64,000 bases of DNA from Octopus bimaculoides (lineage: Eukaryota): the NCBI RefSeq assembly GCF_001194135.2, contig NC_068988.1, forward strand, positions 190,866 to 254,865, read 5' to 3'. Shown piece by piece: positions 1 to 12,095 of the stretch. Made by a program: the position numbers and the translations under genes. Position 1 is the stretch's first letter; the number at the start of each line of letters is the position of its first letter. The notes under the pieces were generated by a model. The model was given only the letters and a program-made list of their open reading frames with translations, searched no databases and was not told where the DNA came from.

Positions 1-489
1 TCTACAGTGAGAAATTTTTTCCAAGAAAAAATGTGTCGTAAGGCTTTCTAACTGATTCAAATATGCATCAAGCGTATTTGAATTGGTAACAAGTTTGTAT
101 TTGCTGATTTTGTAGGTGCTTAATCAGTTCTGCAGCAATGTAGTTCCTTAGAGGAATGGTGAAGATCTCTGTTGGAGATAGGTTAACATTGGGAATAACT
201 AATCAGAAAACCTTAACAACATCAGGAGGAGCGAGCAAAGTTCATTTGACAAAACTTTGAACTAGTTAAGACTAGTTAAAACTGGAATGAAGAAGCTGGG
301 TGTAGACAAGACAAATACTTTGAGGTCTTACTGAAAGAATGATCCACAAGAGGTTTTGTGGAGGAACAGGAGGGAGTGGATGAGCAATGATTGCCAGGGC
401 CTGTTGGCACAGCATTTGAAGAAGATGAAATTATTTTAATCATTAGTTTGAGAAGCCATTAAGAAAATATAACATACAGTAACATTCAA

Positions 490-760
490 GCGTGGTCGTT
501 GCCAGTGTCACCGGACTGGCTCCTGTGCAGGTGGCACGTAAAAAACACCATTTGAGTGTGGTCGTTGATACCACCTGACTGGCCCTCGTGCCGGTAGCAT
601 GTAAAAGCACCCACTACATTCTTGGAGTGGTTGGCGTTAGGAAACACTGTCAGATCAGATTGGAGCCTGGTGCAGCTTTCTGGCTCGCCAGTCCTCAGTC
701 AAACCGTCCAACCCATGCCAGCATGGAAAGCAGATGTTAAACGATGATGATGATGATGAG
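490..760 (-). mobile_element. SINE-like interspersed repeat, family C ((CAT)n end)
   Basis: shares aacgccaaccactcc / ggcatccagc / ccaacccatgccagcatggaaa blocks with 10380-11010, 32262-32462, 36197-36510, 47755-47945, 51615-51830 and others. Confidence 0.8.
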
Positions 761-876
761 TAAACCCCCTTCTATCTGACACTACTGGAACTGGAACATT
801 GCTGGATAACTGAATTTTCCAGACCACTACCATTTAAATTGCCTTAACACCTTACAAAACTCTTTAAAAGTCTCTC

Positions 877-922
<46 letters not shown>

Positions 923-1080
923 ACGTAAATAATATATAAATATATGCATATATCCACACATATATGTACATACCTACATCTATATGTATACATACATGCA
1001 TATATGGGTACAGGACATCACAAAGAACATTAAGAGAGAGAGTTGAAATTTTACAGAAAAACAAAAGATGAAGACAAGTG

Positions 1081-1190
1081 TATTAGTCTGATGCTCGGGA
1101 AGGTGAGAAATGCTTTTACATTTCGAGCCTATGCTCTTCAACAGACAGGAACACAAGGAAATTAACAGAGAGAGAATATATCATTGTTAC
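1081..1190 (-). mobile_element. Penelope-like terminal fragment with hammerhead-like motif
   Basis: homologous to 56221-56320; the minus strand reads CTGTTGA-A-GAGC/GCTC-GAAAT-GTA. Confidence 0.5.
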
Positions 1191-1369
1191 CATTAATATT
1201 CTGGACATAGTAAAAATGAGAGAAATAAGAAGAAATAAAAATATGATTTAAGCAAAGAACGTTTTATTATCCTAATAAAATATATTGTAATTTCAGTAGA
1301 ATGCTTTGAAACAATTGTATTGCACTTTGAGAAGCAACGATCCGTCTTAGGTGCTGCAGAAACTTTCTT

Positions 1370-1682
1370 TTAATGGTAGTTAATTAATTAACACAAATTC
1401 GCTCAACTAGTTACCAACACATTTTTTTTAATGAGTACCGATTGGTTGAGAGATCTGATTTTCGTGTGACAGACTGACATTTACTTTTTTGTTAGCGTGT
1501 CGGAAAAATGCTTAGCGACCTTTCTTTTGGATCTCTGTTTTCAGTTCAATTCTACCACTGTCGATTTTCTCTTTCGTCCTCAATGGAAAAAGTATGAGTT
1601 TGGCACTGGGGTTGATGTAATCAACTTTCCCCCTCCCCCGAAATTTCTGGCCTTGTGCCAAAATTTGAAACAATTCAGGCAT
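1370..1682 (+). mobile_element. tRNA-headed SINE, family B
   Basis: aaatgcttagcg...tcagttcaattc...ggggttgatgtaatc...ggccttgtgcc, shared with 12255-12452, 53460-53925 and others. Confidence 0.7.
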
Positions 1683-1700
1683 TGAGCTGGCAGAATCCTT

Positions 1701-2396
1701 TGTGAGTAGAACAACATACTTAATGGTGAAGCATGGCGAGAATAGCTGAATTATGTCCCTTTGTTGGCAAATCCCACCAGGTAGCAAGGATAGCTGAAGT
1801 ACATCCTTTTGTTGGTAAACGCCACCAGGTGGTGTGGCAGCTGACACCTATATATTCCGGTGATTTCAGGTAGCTTTTCCTCTTTACCTTGCCATTTCGA
1901 CACCAAGGAGTGTGAATATCTCTCTTCTGCCTAAGGCCACAAACCATATGCAGTTACCGTTGTTCTGATGACATTTGCCTAGCCAACTTCTTACAACCGT
2001 CGTTATAATGATGCCTGCCTAATAGATTTCAGACTACTGTCATTCTCCTGCTTTATCATGGCGAGTTGTCAGCAACTAACTTTATCATCTCACAGCCTAC
2101 GGGACCAGTAACTGTCGTGTTACCAACTTCGCTGACACCTGCTATGAATTTGTTACAGTAACCCTAAGCCATGAACTGAACATACTTTCTGACTAAACCT
2201 CACACGACACTGCACACGCGTTTCTGTTACCTTTACAATTTCGTCTCACGACTAGTTAGCTCTTACTTGTTATCTAAAAGGATCCAAGACATGTGGATAT
2301 TTGATTTCTTACATCATGTAAAAAGCTGTGTTTGTACCATCTATTGTAAATAAATTTTATTTATTATGGTAAACAATCTTCATCTTCTTATACACA
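1701..2396 (+). mobile_element. probable solo LTR inserted into a family-B SINE
   Basis: TG...CA ends, 48-bp internal direct repeat (1742/1790), TATATA at 1849, AATAAA at 2349; the flanks rejoin into one SINE-B (gagctggcagaatc | ...gcctttcattc); no clean TSD. Confidence 0.45.
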
Positions 2397-3280
2397 CTTG
2401 ACATGCTAAAACGATATATCTGGCTTTACATTCAGTGTTAAAATTCTGCCAATGTCAACATTGCCTTTCATTCTTTTGGGGTTGATGTAATCGACCTGTT
2501 CCCTTCGCTGAAATTTCAGGTCTTCTGCTTACAGCAGAAAGGATTAGTAAAGCGGCAAAATGGCAGAATTGTTAGCATTTCAGAGAAAATGTTTTGTGGA
2601 GTTTGCTCTTGGTGTTTCTAAGTTCAAATAAGACTACGGTCAACTTCACCTTTCATCCTTTCGGGGTAGATCAAATCTGTACCAATCAAGTTTTGGCGTC
2701 GATGTAATCGCTTTAACCCTTCTGGCCTGGTGCCAAAAATTAAAACCATTTATTGAAAAGAAATCTGGAAATATCAGTTTCTGTCAGGGTGTTGAAGGCC
2801 TTCCTGGATCAGTTCGAAATTATACTTGTATATCTGGCTAATTGGAAACACTGTCTAGTTGTTTGGCATTGACCCAACTGTTGTTGTTATTGTTCTCAAT
2901 CATCAATAATAATCTTTCTACTGTAGGTACAGGCCTGAAATTTCGGGTGGCGGGAGTGGGGGGACTAGTCGATTCCAGTAATCAATTGGTATGTTATTTT
3001 ATCGACCACGAAAGGAAGAAAGATAAGGTCGACCCTGGCGGAATTTGAACTCAGAACTTCAAGAGCCGGAGGAATTTCCGCTGAAAATTCTGTTGCCAGT
3101 TCGCTGTCTTTCATTCTTTTATCAAATGATTAATTCCAGAAAGAATTTCTATGCAGAAATGCAGAATAGGGGAGACTACTCTTGATAAACAAAAATTTAT
3201 AAAAGTGAAAATGGGAACCTGTCTTTCTCTAAATGAATTCCGTAAGTCACAAAGAGAGATTTATGATAGGGATGGCGGTG

Positions 3281-3316
<36 letters not shown>

Positions 3317-3789
3317 CTACTCACTGCTGTCGGTCTTTCTTTTTTTTTAAGTATAATGTATCTCGTGCTTATATTGTGGTAAGAAGGTTTGGCTGTTATT
3401 TTTAGCCCACCTGCACACGGTGCCACATAATCAATCTAGAATAGGCTATCGACGAGAGCTATTTGTTGTTTTCCATCTATAAATTCCATGTGTGTGTGTG
3501 TGTGTGTGTATACACACACAAATTGGTTAATTTAATTTTTAACAATAGTGATAGGTTCCTTCCATATAATAACGCATTCAGTATTTTGAGTATCATTACT
3601 AAACAGGCACATTTGTTTAATGTAATGATCAAATTGAATTCATTGATATGATAAGATAATAATGTGTATATTAAGTTTATTGTTATATCACTGAATGTAA
3701 TTTGAGTGTTAACCAGGCTTGGCTGTTTAGTAATGATGCTTAGAACACTGAGCTTCTGATGTGTGTTTGTGTCCTGACAGTGTTTGATG

Positions 3790-3980
3790 GTTATGAGTGT
3801 CTCTGTCATACAACTGATGTCCTTCATTTCCAGTCTCCTGTGAAATGATATCCGACTACAAGGGGAAATAACACTGTACCTGGAAGCAGGTGAGGGTTAA
3901 TAACAGGAAAGGCATCCAGTTATAGAAAACCTGCCTTGATAAATTCTGTTTGAAAGTGGATGTTAAGGCTATGATGATAA
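3790..3980 (+). mobile_element. interspersed repeat, family D
   Basis: gagtgtc.ctgtcataca...catttccag...ggaa.caggtgagg...ggcatccag, shared with 36730-36995, 45610-45765, 56345-56620, 61280-61520 (+) and 38480-38740 (-). Confidence 0.7.
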
Positions 3981-5935
3981 GTTTCGGATCAATTTATCAC
4001 AGCCTTATGGGAATCTACTACTACTCGTGTAATCCAGTACCTGCTCATTGTTGAGTGGTTGTTCACTAAAACTGGCTCTGTATTAGACTTATCCAGTGCT
4101 GGGTGTGTGAACATCCAACAAGCTTTGGAAACACCTGTCAAAGGTGAATAAGCTCACCTTGAGTGCCAGCAGCATGCACGTCTTGGAGAAGAGATAAGTG
4201 CCATGAGAATTACCAATCACATTGAACACTTGAATGAAAATTCCACCAATATTTAATTCTATACCAAATTGGTTGGGGCCTGGGTTCATTAAAAAAAAAA
4301 AAAAAACTCAAGAGAGGAGCAAGTAACAAAAACAATTTGGTGCCCCAGCAACATAAAAGCTCCCAAAACGGAATTGATTTTTACCATCTTAAAATTTGTT
4401 AATGAAATTGTTTTTAATTGAGTATTTTTCAAAGTATAATTTCCCCCCTCTACAATTGTTGTCCTCCTGTCTTTATAGTTTTCTTCAGTATGGTACTGAC
4501 AGCTTTGTTTTATAACCCCCGTATCTTATTCTAAGGTTATTTGATAGACACCTCCTCAATAATGTCTCCTTGCTGTCTTGAAAATTTAAACAAAGTCTGA
4601 TGTCAGACCAAAAAAGTTCAAACTTGTTCCTGATCAATAGCAGTGAGTACATCGGGTACTCCATTTCTTGGAATTCTCTTTTCTGTAACCATTATGTTTG
4701 CACCCCCACATAATTTCAAAATGTATTTTGGGTTCAATCCTAGGTTAGTCCTAAAACCATAGAAATTTAAATTTGAGAATATAGACTCCTCGACAACCTG
4801 CGCATTAAAGTCCAATCTATGTCCAGAGTGAATTGGACAAAGACCATTAACTGTTAGTGCCAGAGTATAAGGAAATGGTGTTACTCGTGAAAACCAAGCA
4901 ACCACAATAGAATGAGAGAATGTTATTTCAAAGTCTCATGAAAATACAAACATGTTATAAATGACAAATAAAGTTCAATTGAGTTGTTGTTATTGAGTCC
5001 CACATCAACCCTGGCTTAGTAAACTTAGGATCAAAGGCATTCCAGCCATGACCATCTCACTTGTCTTTCAGCCATTGCCTATCTAGGACTACATTATCCA
5101 ATGTGTCTCTTTCTCTCTTATAATTTCATGGAGATTTACTGCTATTTTTAGGATTTTGGACAACCACATGTAGGCTCCCTTGTTGGCTCTAAGATTTCAT
5201 TAGTTAACACATCCACCAAAGCATCAACAAGTGGATATCTGTTCTCTGCCAAGTATTCAGTTTTAAACTTTTCCTTCATACAACCCTAATGCCCATACCA
5301 GCTCTCTTCTTAAAACCCAAATTATTCAAGTCTAGACTAATCCTCAAGGAATTTTAATTTTTATGTTTTCTCTACTTTTTTCCCCAAGCATCTAATTTCA
5401 GTCACAAAAAAAAAACAGTTCTTTACCCCATTCAGTAAATATTCATATCAAATATTCATATCCTGCCAAAAGTTTCCTCTTTACTTCTTGCCATCTTTTA
5501 TGTAGGATTTCATTCAACAGTGAAATATTTCAGCTGTTCTAAGTAATTTGTGACAAACTAATTTAAAGTTGACCTACTTGTGTTGTCATAGCAAGTTTTT
5601 TTTTTATAAATATACAAAAATAATTATTGTTAATCACTGAACCTCCTGATAAGAAACTGCAGACAAGTTAACTGCTCTGACTGCGTAGCATTAAAATGTT
5701 GACCTATTAAAATTGCTTCCACTACCGCCTTAATTGTTGTCGTAGAATATAGACCGATGGTGTTGGGAATTGAACCACAGACACCTCTCTGACTTTTGCC
5801 AATCAGGGATCTTAGTACTCTCTCTCTCTGTCTCTCTTTATCTGTCTGTCTGTCTGTCCTATTTGTTTGTCTGTCTATCTGTCTGTTCGTCTATCAGTTC
5901 GTTTATCTAACAGTCCGTCCATCTCTCAGACAGAG

Positions 5936-6095
5936 GCCCGTCTGTCTCTCTGCCCGTCTGTCTCCCTGCCCGTCTGTCTCCCTGCCCGTCTGTCTCCCTG
6001 CCCGTCTGTCTCCCTGCCCGTCTGTCTCCCTGCCCGTCTGTCTCCCTGCCCGTCTGTCTCCCTGCCCGTCTGTCTCCCTGCCCGTCTGTCTCTCT
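5936..6095. repeat. 16-bp minisatellite, 10 copies
   Basis: unit GCCCGTCTGTCTCCCT; 8 identical internal copies, and both terminal copies end in CTCT; explains ORFs 5796-6152 and similar. Confidence 0.97.
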
Positions 6096-6824
6096 ATCCT
6101 CATGTCTGTCTGTCTCTATCTCCATGGCTTTCCTAGCTGTACAATACTTTAAGTTTTATTACATATGTAACCACTTTGTGTACGAATGAAGGACATAAAT
6201 TTATTTAAATCAAATTCTACTCCATTTGAATCACCATCTCCAGGTAATTGAAAACCTTTTTCTTTTTGTTTTTTTTTTTTGTTTCAGTATAATTTCCCAA
6301 GATAAAGGGATGCTTTTTAGTCAGATAAAACAGCCTTATCTTCACAACATTTGAATGTGTCTTTGTTATATTATCATCTTGGCAACTATTAAGTTGTAGC
6401 TGTTTAAGAAAATCCAAACTAAAGTAATATTTAGTAAGGCAGGACTATTTATATTGCTTGGGTAAAGCAGGGCCTGTTAACCTTAAAGGGTTGAGGTGTT
6501 AGGGTTAGGATTTTTGAGGGCACCCACTTCCCATCAGGGACCTGAAAGCAGTCTTGAACCACTTTACAAAATTTCCCACTCAGGGACCCTGAGATGACAT
6601 GATATAGTTTTGTTAAATATATATCAATATACATGTTCAATGGGTTGTATTGATTTGATTTTACTGCAGAGTGGTTGGTGTTAGGAAGGGTGTCCAGCCG
6701 TAGAAATCCTGCCAAAAAACACACAGTAGCCTAGGGTAGTTTTCTACCTGGCTGGCTCCTGTCGACTGTCCTACCCCTGTATGCATGTAAGACCGGACAT
6801 TAAATAATGATGATGATGAATAAT

Positions 6825-7040
6825 CCTTTCTTCTAAAGACACAAGGCCAGAAATTTTGGGGGGAGGGGGATAGTTCGTTACATTGACCCCAGTATTTAAC
6901 TGGTACTTACTTAATTGACCCCCAAAAGAAGGAAAAGTACAGTCAACCTCTGCAGAATTTGAACTCAGAATGTAAAGAGTTGGAAGAAATGATGCTTAGC
7001 ATTTTGTCTGGTGCACTAATGGTTCTATCAACTTGCTGCC
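6825..7040 (-). mobile_element. SINE family B
   Basis: reverse complement of the family-B body with (AAT)n/(GAT)n flanks. Confidence 0.75.
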
Positions 7041-8630
7041 TTCAATAATAATAATAATAATAATGATGATGATGATGAGACATTTTTCTTTTGTTTTGCT
7101 TATTATCTTCTATTTATAAATTCTATTCTGAAAAATATTCGATGCTCATAAAATAAAAAAATGATGTCTTGTTTACATTTACGTTTTTTTTAATAACAAA
7201 CAATAACAAGATCAAGTTTTCTATGAACTGAACTTTGTTCAACTTCACGAGGATTTCTCTGTAGCTTGTTGATATTCCTAACTCCCCTTGAACCCTTTTG
7301 ATATCAATCAACCTGAGATAACCCTTCTTTCTCTGATATACACGTCCTGTTTTAAAGTGATCTTGATTTAAAACTTTCACTGAAATTTCGTGTTAATTTA
7401 TGCTCAAAACACCATTTTACTAAAATTCTTCTCTATTTTCAAAATTGATTCAAGCAAAGATTATTGTATTTCATCAGAAATCTGGTTAACAAAAGAATTA
7501 GTGATTTAAATTAAAATCTATCATAAAAAAAATTTATATGTCTGTTTATGTTCTAAACATAATAAAGATAGTTATTTTACTAATTTCTTCATAGTAGCTT
7601 CATAGACTTGGCTCTGCATATCAGAGAGACAGAGAGAAAGAAAGATGGAGACACACTGTTAATTACATTTATAGATTTTGGTGAATGAAAGGATGTTGCT
7701 CTAGACAGGGTTGGAAATCATATTCGTTTGTTACTGAGATAATTCTTCAGTTTAAATTGTTATTCAATCATTAAGCGATATTTCTATCTCAAAATGTATC
7801 AAACCAAGTTGAATAAATATAGTCAGACCTATTTACATCAGTTCTTGGCATCTTTAATTTCCAAGGAATGAAAACAAGTTTCGATTAAGGACCAGGTTAA
7901 AGTTGGTTGTAATGTTAGATATTACACCGCTGCGGTCTGTTAGATGAATCCTATAAAGTCTGTAATATTTCTCTGGTCCATATAATGTACTGTAGTTATT
8001 TATTCTGTAGTCGAGGTCCACAGCCACCAGGCTGCACACCAATGTCAGGCCAGGGATCATCTGATACAGAAAGAATGCATTTTAAAAAATCTTAGTTTTA
8101 TTTTGTTAACGATCAGTCTGCTGGGCCTGTATTATGTATGTATTTGCTTTGTAATGATTACATTGTATGTCGTGCACTTTGTTGTGTTTTGTAAAGTGCA
8201 CTGTTCCTTTGTCTGTGAAAAAATTGTCTTGCATGAAATCATTCTGATGCAACAAGAAAATGTTTGGGAACTGCTCACTGTTCTATGGAACATATTACGT
8301 ACTATAGATATGTTGTCTGGTATGATTCACTGTAGATATGTTCCATAGCACATATAATGGATTATAGATATGCCCCATGGTATTTTATAACAATAAAATG
8401 CCACCCTGTAGGTACACCAGTCATTTAGTGTTGAATCTAATTGCCAAAGAAAGTGTTAAATATACAAACTGATCTATCTGGTTTACTTTAACCATTAATA
8501 TTAGGTGGCTTTATAAGCAATGTATTTGTGGATAATTAAAGAGAATGGTCAGTTGCTGAGATTGTAACAAGACTCAATAGAGTACGTTTGTAGACAAAAA
8601 AAAAGAGGAAACAGTTAGCCATCACAGGTT

Positions 8631-8860
8631 TTAGCCCTTTCGTTACCGTATTTTTGTTGAGATGCTCTGTGTTTCTTTCAATTAATTTTAAATATAACAA
8701 AGAATTTAGTGAAATAACTTTGTTACCATTAAGCGTAGTGTTAGGAACATAAATTGTGACTAAGGTTTTGTGGAAGATTTTAATTCAAAACTTAAGAAAA
8801 CAAGACGTTTGTACTCAGAGCCAGAGGGGGTTTCAGCTGGGTTGGTATCAAAAGGGTTAA
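8631..8860 (+). mobile_element. piggyBac-like MITE
   Basis: TTA(G)CCCTTTCGTTACC...GGTATCAAAAGGGTTAA terminal inverted repeats with TTAA-type flanks; five copies in the window. Confidence 0.8.
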
Positions 8861-9001
8861 ACACACCTCTACATTTGGGCAGATAGACATTAGAAGCAGT
8901 TGGAAGGGTGTGGATTGAAGGAAATTTAGGCTATTACTTCTAGCATATAGAGTGACCATACTGAGGTCTCCTTCTCTCATGTCTTCTGCTGATTATTTTT
9001 C

Positions 9002-9231
9002 TTAACCCTTTCATTAGTGTATTTTTGTTGAGATGCTCTGTGTTTCTTTCAATTAATTTTAAATATAACAAAGAATTTAATAAAATAACTTAGTTATCAT
9101 TAAGGTAGAGTTAGGAACATAAATTGTGACTAAGGTTTAGTGGAAGATTTTAATTCAAAACTTATGAAAACAAGACATTTGTATTACAGAGCCAGAAGCG
9201 GTTTCAGCCAGTTTGGTATGGAAAGGGTTAA
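9002..9231 (+). mobile_element. piggyBac-like MITE
   Basis: TTAACCCTTT...AAAGGGTTAA; same internal sequence as 8631-8860. Confidence 0.82.
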
Positions 9232-9781
9232 TGTATTGTTTTACATTCCTCCTATCACATACTATTTGACTAAAATCCTATGGATATGTTCCACAGTATA
9301 TCATAGCAAATTATGCTCTGGTGCCTCATTAGTGTTGCTGCATGCTATCGTTACGGTCTAGCCTTGAGTACCATAGGGCAACACATCTCAAGCTCTTCTA
9401 AGCAGTTGGACACACTGTGATTATTCAGTTTTACGATCTTGTGTTCATTGATTCATCTCGGGCTTTTATGGGGGAATTATCAGTCATTAATAATTATCAA
9501 TCATTAACAGATCATATTTTCTAGGCACCTTGTTATTTAAAGCTCAACTTGTGACACATGTTTTTTGTCCTTAAGTTCAACTCTTTCTATCCAAAGGATT
9601 TTATTTTCACCCAATATTGATAAGCAATTATTTATGGCACTCTTTGCCTTGAGATCCCTACAAGGATTTGTTTCACATTCATATGACACCAATATATCAT
9701 CAACACCATTTTAATGTCCAGTTTTTCATGTTGGTGATACTTGCTTAAAACTATTTCAAGAGGTCAAGGTGAGGAGAAGGC

Positions 9782-9836
<55 letters not shown>

Positions 9837-10119
9837 GCACGGGATCCCACTCTGTTTGCACCTGCCAAATCCATTCACAAGGCTTTGGTTGGCCCAGCGC
9901 TGTAGCAGAAGACACTTGCCCAAATTCACTATATTTTGAACCTACGAGTATGTCAGCCTATGGCCACAATTGTATCCGTAGGCAGGGTTTTACCCACTGC
10001 TGGTTTAAATGCTAAAGGGTTAAGTCTGCATTGGGTTAACTGAAAATGATTTTCTCTTTTTCTCAGATTCTCTTGTTCTTCAATTACTTCTCAGGTTCTC
10101 GGTTCTCTTACTTTTGCAG

Positions 10120-10170
10120 GCAATGATTGAATCCATAAAACATACCATTGTGATGCTTCAGATCACTAAA
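10120..10170 (+). CDS. OSBPL9: OSBPL9/ORP9 internal coding exon (first in window)
   Basis: ttttgcag|GCA...AAA|gtaagt; encodes AMIESIKHTIVMLQITK, matching the recalled human ORP9 segment SMVESIKHCIVLLQIAK; phase 0-0, 51 nt. Confidence 0.9.
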
Positions 10171-10379
10171 GTAAGTTTTTCTTTTTCTTATTTTTCTTTT
10201 TCAAAATCTTTCTTCAACTTGCCACAAACTTTTAAACGTTTTGAACTCAACGTCATTTTTATTCAAAACCCTTCACAGTCATCATCATCATCATAGAAAG
10301 ACTAAAGGGCCACTGCAATAAGTGTGTGGATCTGAGAGGGGAATATGTTAAATAAAATCATAGAAGTGCCAATCTCTAA

Positions 10380-11010
10380 GTGTGGAGGGAACCTGTGGTG
10401 GAAGTAGACCCAGGAAGATATTTGACAAAGTGATGAAGCATGATCTTCGAACTTTGAGCCTCACAGAGGCAATGATTGGTGACGGAGACCTTTGGCAATG
10501 TGCTGTGCTTGAGAAGACTTGTCAAGCCAAGTGCAATCGTAGTCATGGCTGATGTTGGCGTCACGTAACTGGCACCCATGCTGGTGGCACATAAAGAGCA
10601 CCGTTGGAGCATTGGACTTCACAGAGGCAAAGTGGCTGAATTCTTTTCGAATGTTGGGCCTTACAGAGGCAATGACCAAGACCTTTGGCATTATGTTGTG
10701 CTTGAGAAGAAGACCCATCAAGCCAAGCAAAATTGCAGTTGTGGAAGATACTGGTGTCATGTAAATGTCACCCATGCCAGTGGCACATAAAAGCACCCAT
10801 TACACTCTCAGAGTGGTTGGCGTTAGGAAGAGCATCCAGCCGTAGAAAACCATTCCAAATCAGACTGGAGTCTGGTNNNNNNNNNNGCATCCAGCCGTAG
10901 AAAACCATTCCAAATCAGACTGGAGTCTGGTGCAGCCTTCTAGCTTACCAGCCCTGGTCAAACTGTCCAACCCATGCCAGCATGGACAACGGGCGTTAAA
11001 TGATGATGAT
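10380..11010 (-). mobile_element. SINE-like family C, long variant with internal ~190-bp duplication
   Basis: tgtgcttgagaaga...tcaagccaag...ggcacccatgc block occurs twice; family-C 3' block at 10790-11010. Confidence 0.75.
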
Positions 11011-11574
11011 GATAATTAACTGATCCTCCTGTATTTTCTTTTACCCAAAGCCAGGGACTTTTCAACACCCCCTCGTATCTGTATGTGTGTGTGTATGCAG
11101 GTATCAAGAATAGAATAGTTTTGGGTGAAGCATTTTTATCCCCTGTAATATATAATATAGTTGTAATATTCATTTATATTAACTTTAATTCATATAAAAT
11201 TAAAAGGCAATTTGCATTCAAGATAGCAACTTCAAATTTAGAATATTTCTTGTTAAAGTGGGGTTTTTTTTTGTTTTTTTTTTGTTATTAGATTTTTAAC
11301 TTGAGGTGTATTTTCACGATTTCTAATTACTGAATATATTTAAAGAATTTTTGTCTTTACTCATAATTAGCTCCATCGACCTTTACTCTGATAAGCTGTG
11401 TTAATTCAGTAAATGCTACGGGGGGTGGAGGGGGGATAAGAAACATTTATCAATAAAAGTCATTTACTCTTCAATTCACTTTCTCCATATGTTTTTTTTT
11501 TTGTTGTTTTGGTCAAACTTCAAAAATATTTGTTTTCTAAAAACTCTTAAAATTTTTCCCAATTTACCTTTTGT

Positions 11575-12095
11575 CGTACTTTTTTCAATCATTAGACTGT
11601 GGCCATACTGGAGCCCTGCCCTGAAGAATTTTTAGTCAAATGAATTGACCCCCAGTATTTTTTTTTTAATTTGTTTTTTAAAGTCTAGTACATATTCTAT
11701 TTGCTCTTTTTCGCCGAACCGCTAAGTTGTAGAGATCAGATTGGAGCCTGGTGCCGCCTTCTGGCTCACCAGTCCTCAGTCAAACCGTCCAACCCACCAT
11801 GCCAGTATAGAAAACGGACGTTAAACGACAATGATGATGATGTCATTTATTTGTATAAAATATTTAAATTGAATTGAGTTTATAATTGTTCAATTTATTG
11901 TTTTGTTTTTCCATTTCTGATTTATATATACACACACACACACACAATGGGCTTCTCTCAGTTTCCATCTACCAAATCCACTCACAAGGCTTTGGTTGAT
12001 CTGAGGCTATAGTAGAAGACATTTGCCCCAGGTGCCACGCAGTGGGACTGAACCCAGAACCATGTAGTTGGGAAGCAAGCTTCTTACTACACAGC
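11575..12095 (-). mobile_element. SINE family A interrupted by a family-C fragment
   Basis: A tail (11575-11730), C fragment (11733-11845), A head (11940-12095). Confidence 0.7.

Noticed and set aside
5796-6152. Repetitive ORFs (CLPARLSP..., RQTGRETDG...)
   Set aside because: Translations of the 16-bp minisatellite; no splice or homology support.
1-10119. Upstream OSBPL9 exons (PH domain and coiled region)
   Set aside because: No ORP9-like peptide with splice sites was found; candidates at about 1042-1102 and 4097-4144 are repeat-derived or lack homology and matching phase.
10831-10931. Identical ~45-bp direct repeat on either side of a 10-N gap
   Set aside because: Typical unmerged contig overlap, so an assembly artefact.
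11010-11078. Mariner element (minus-strand TACGAGGGGGTGTTGAAAAGT terminus)
   Set aside because: Only one terminus is visible and there is no partner repeat or coding remnant; at most a fragment.
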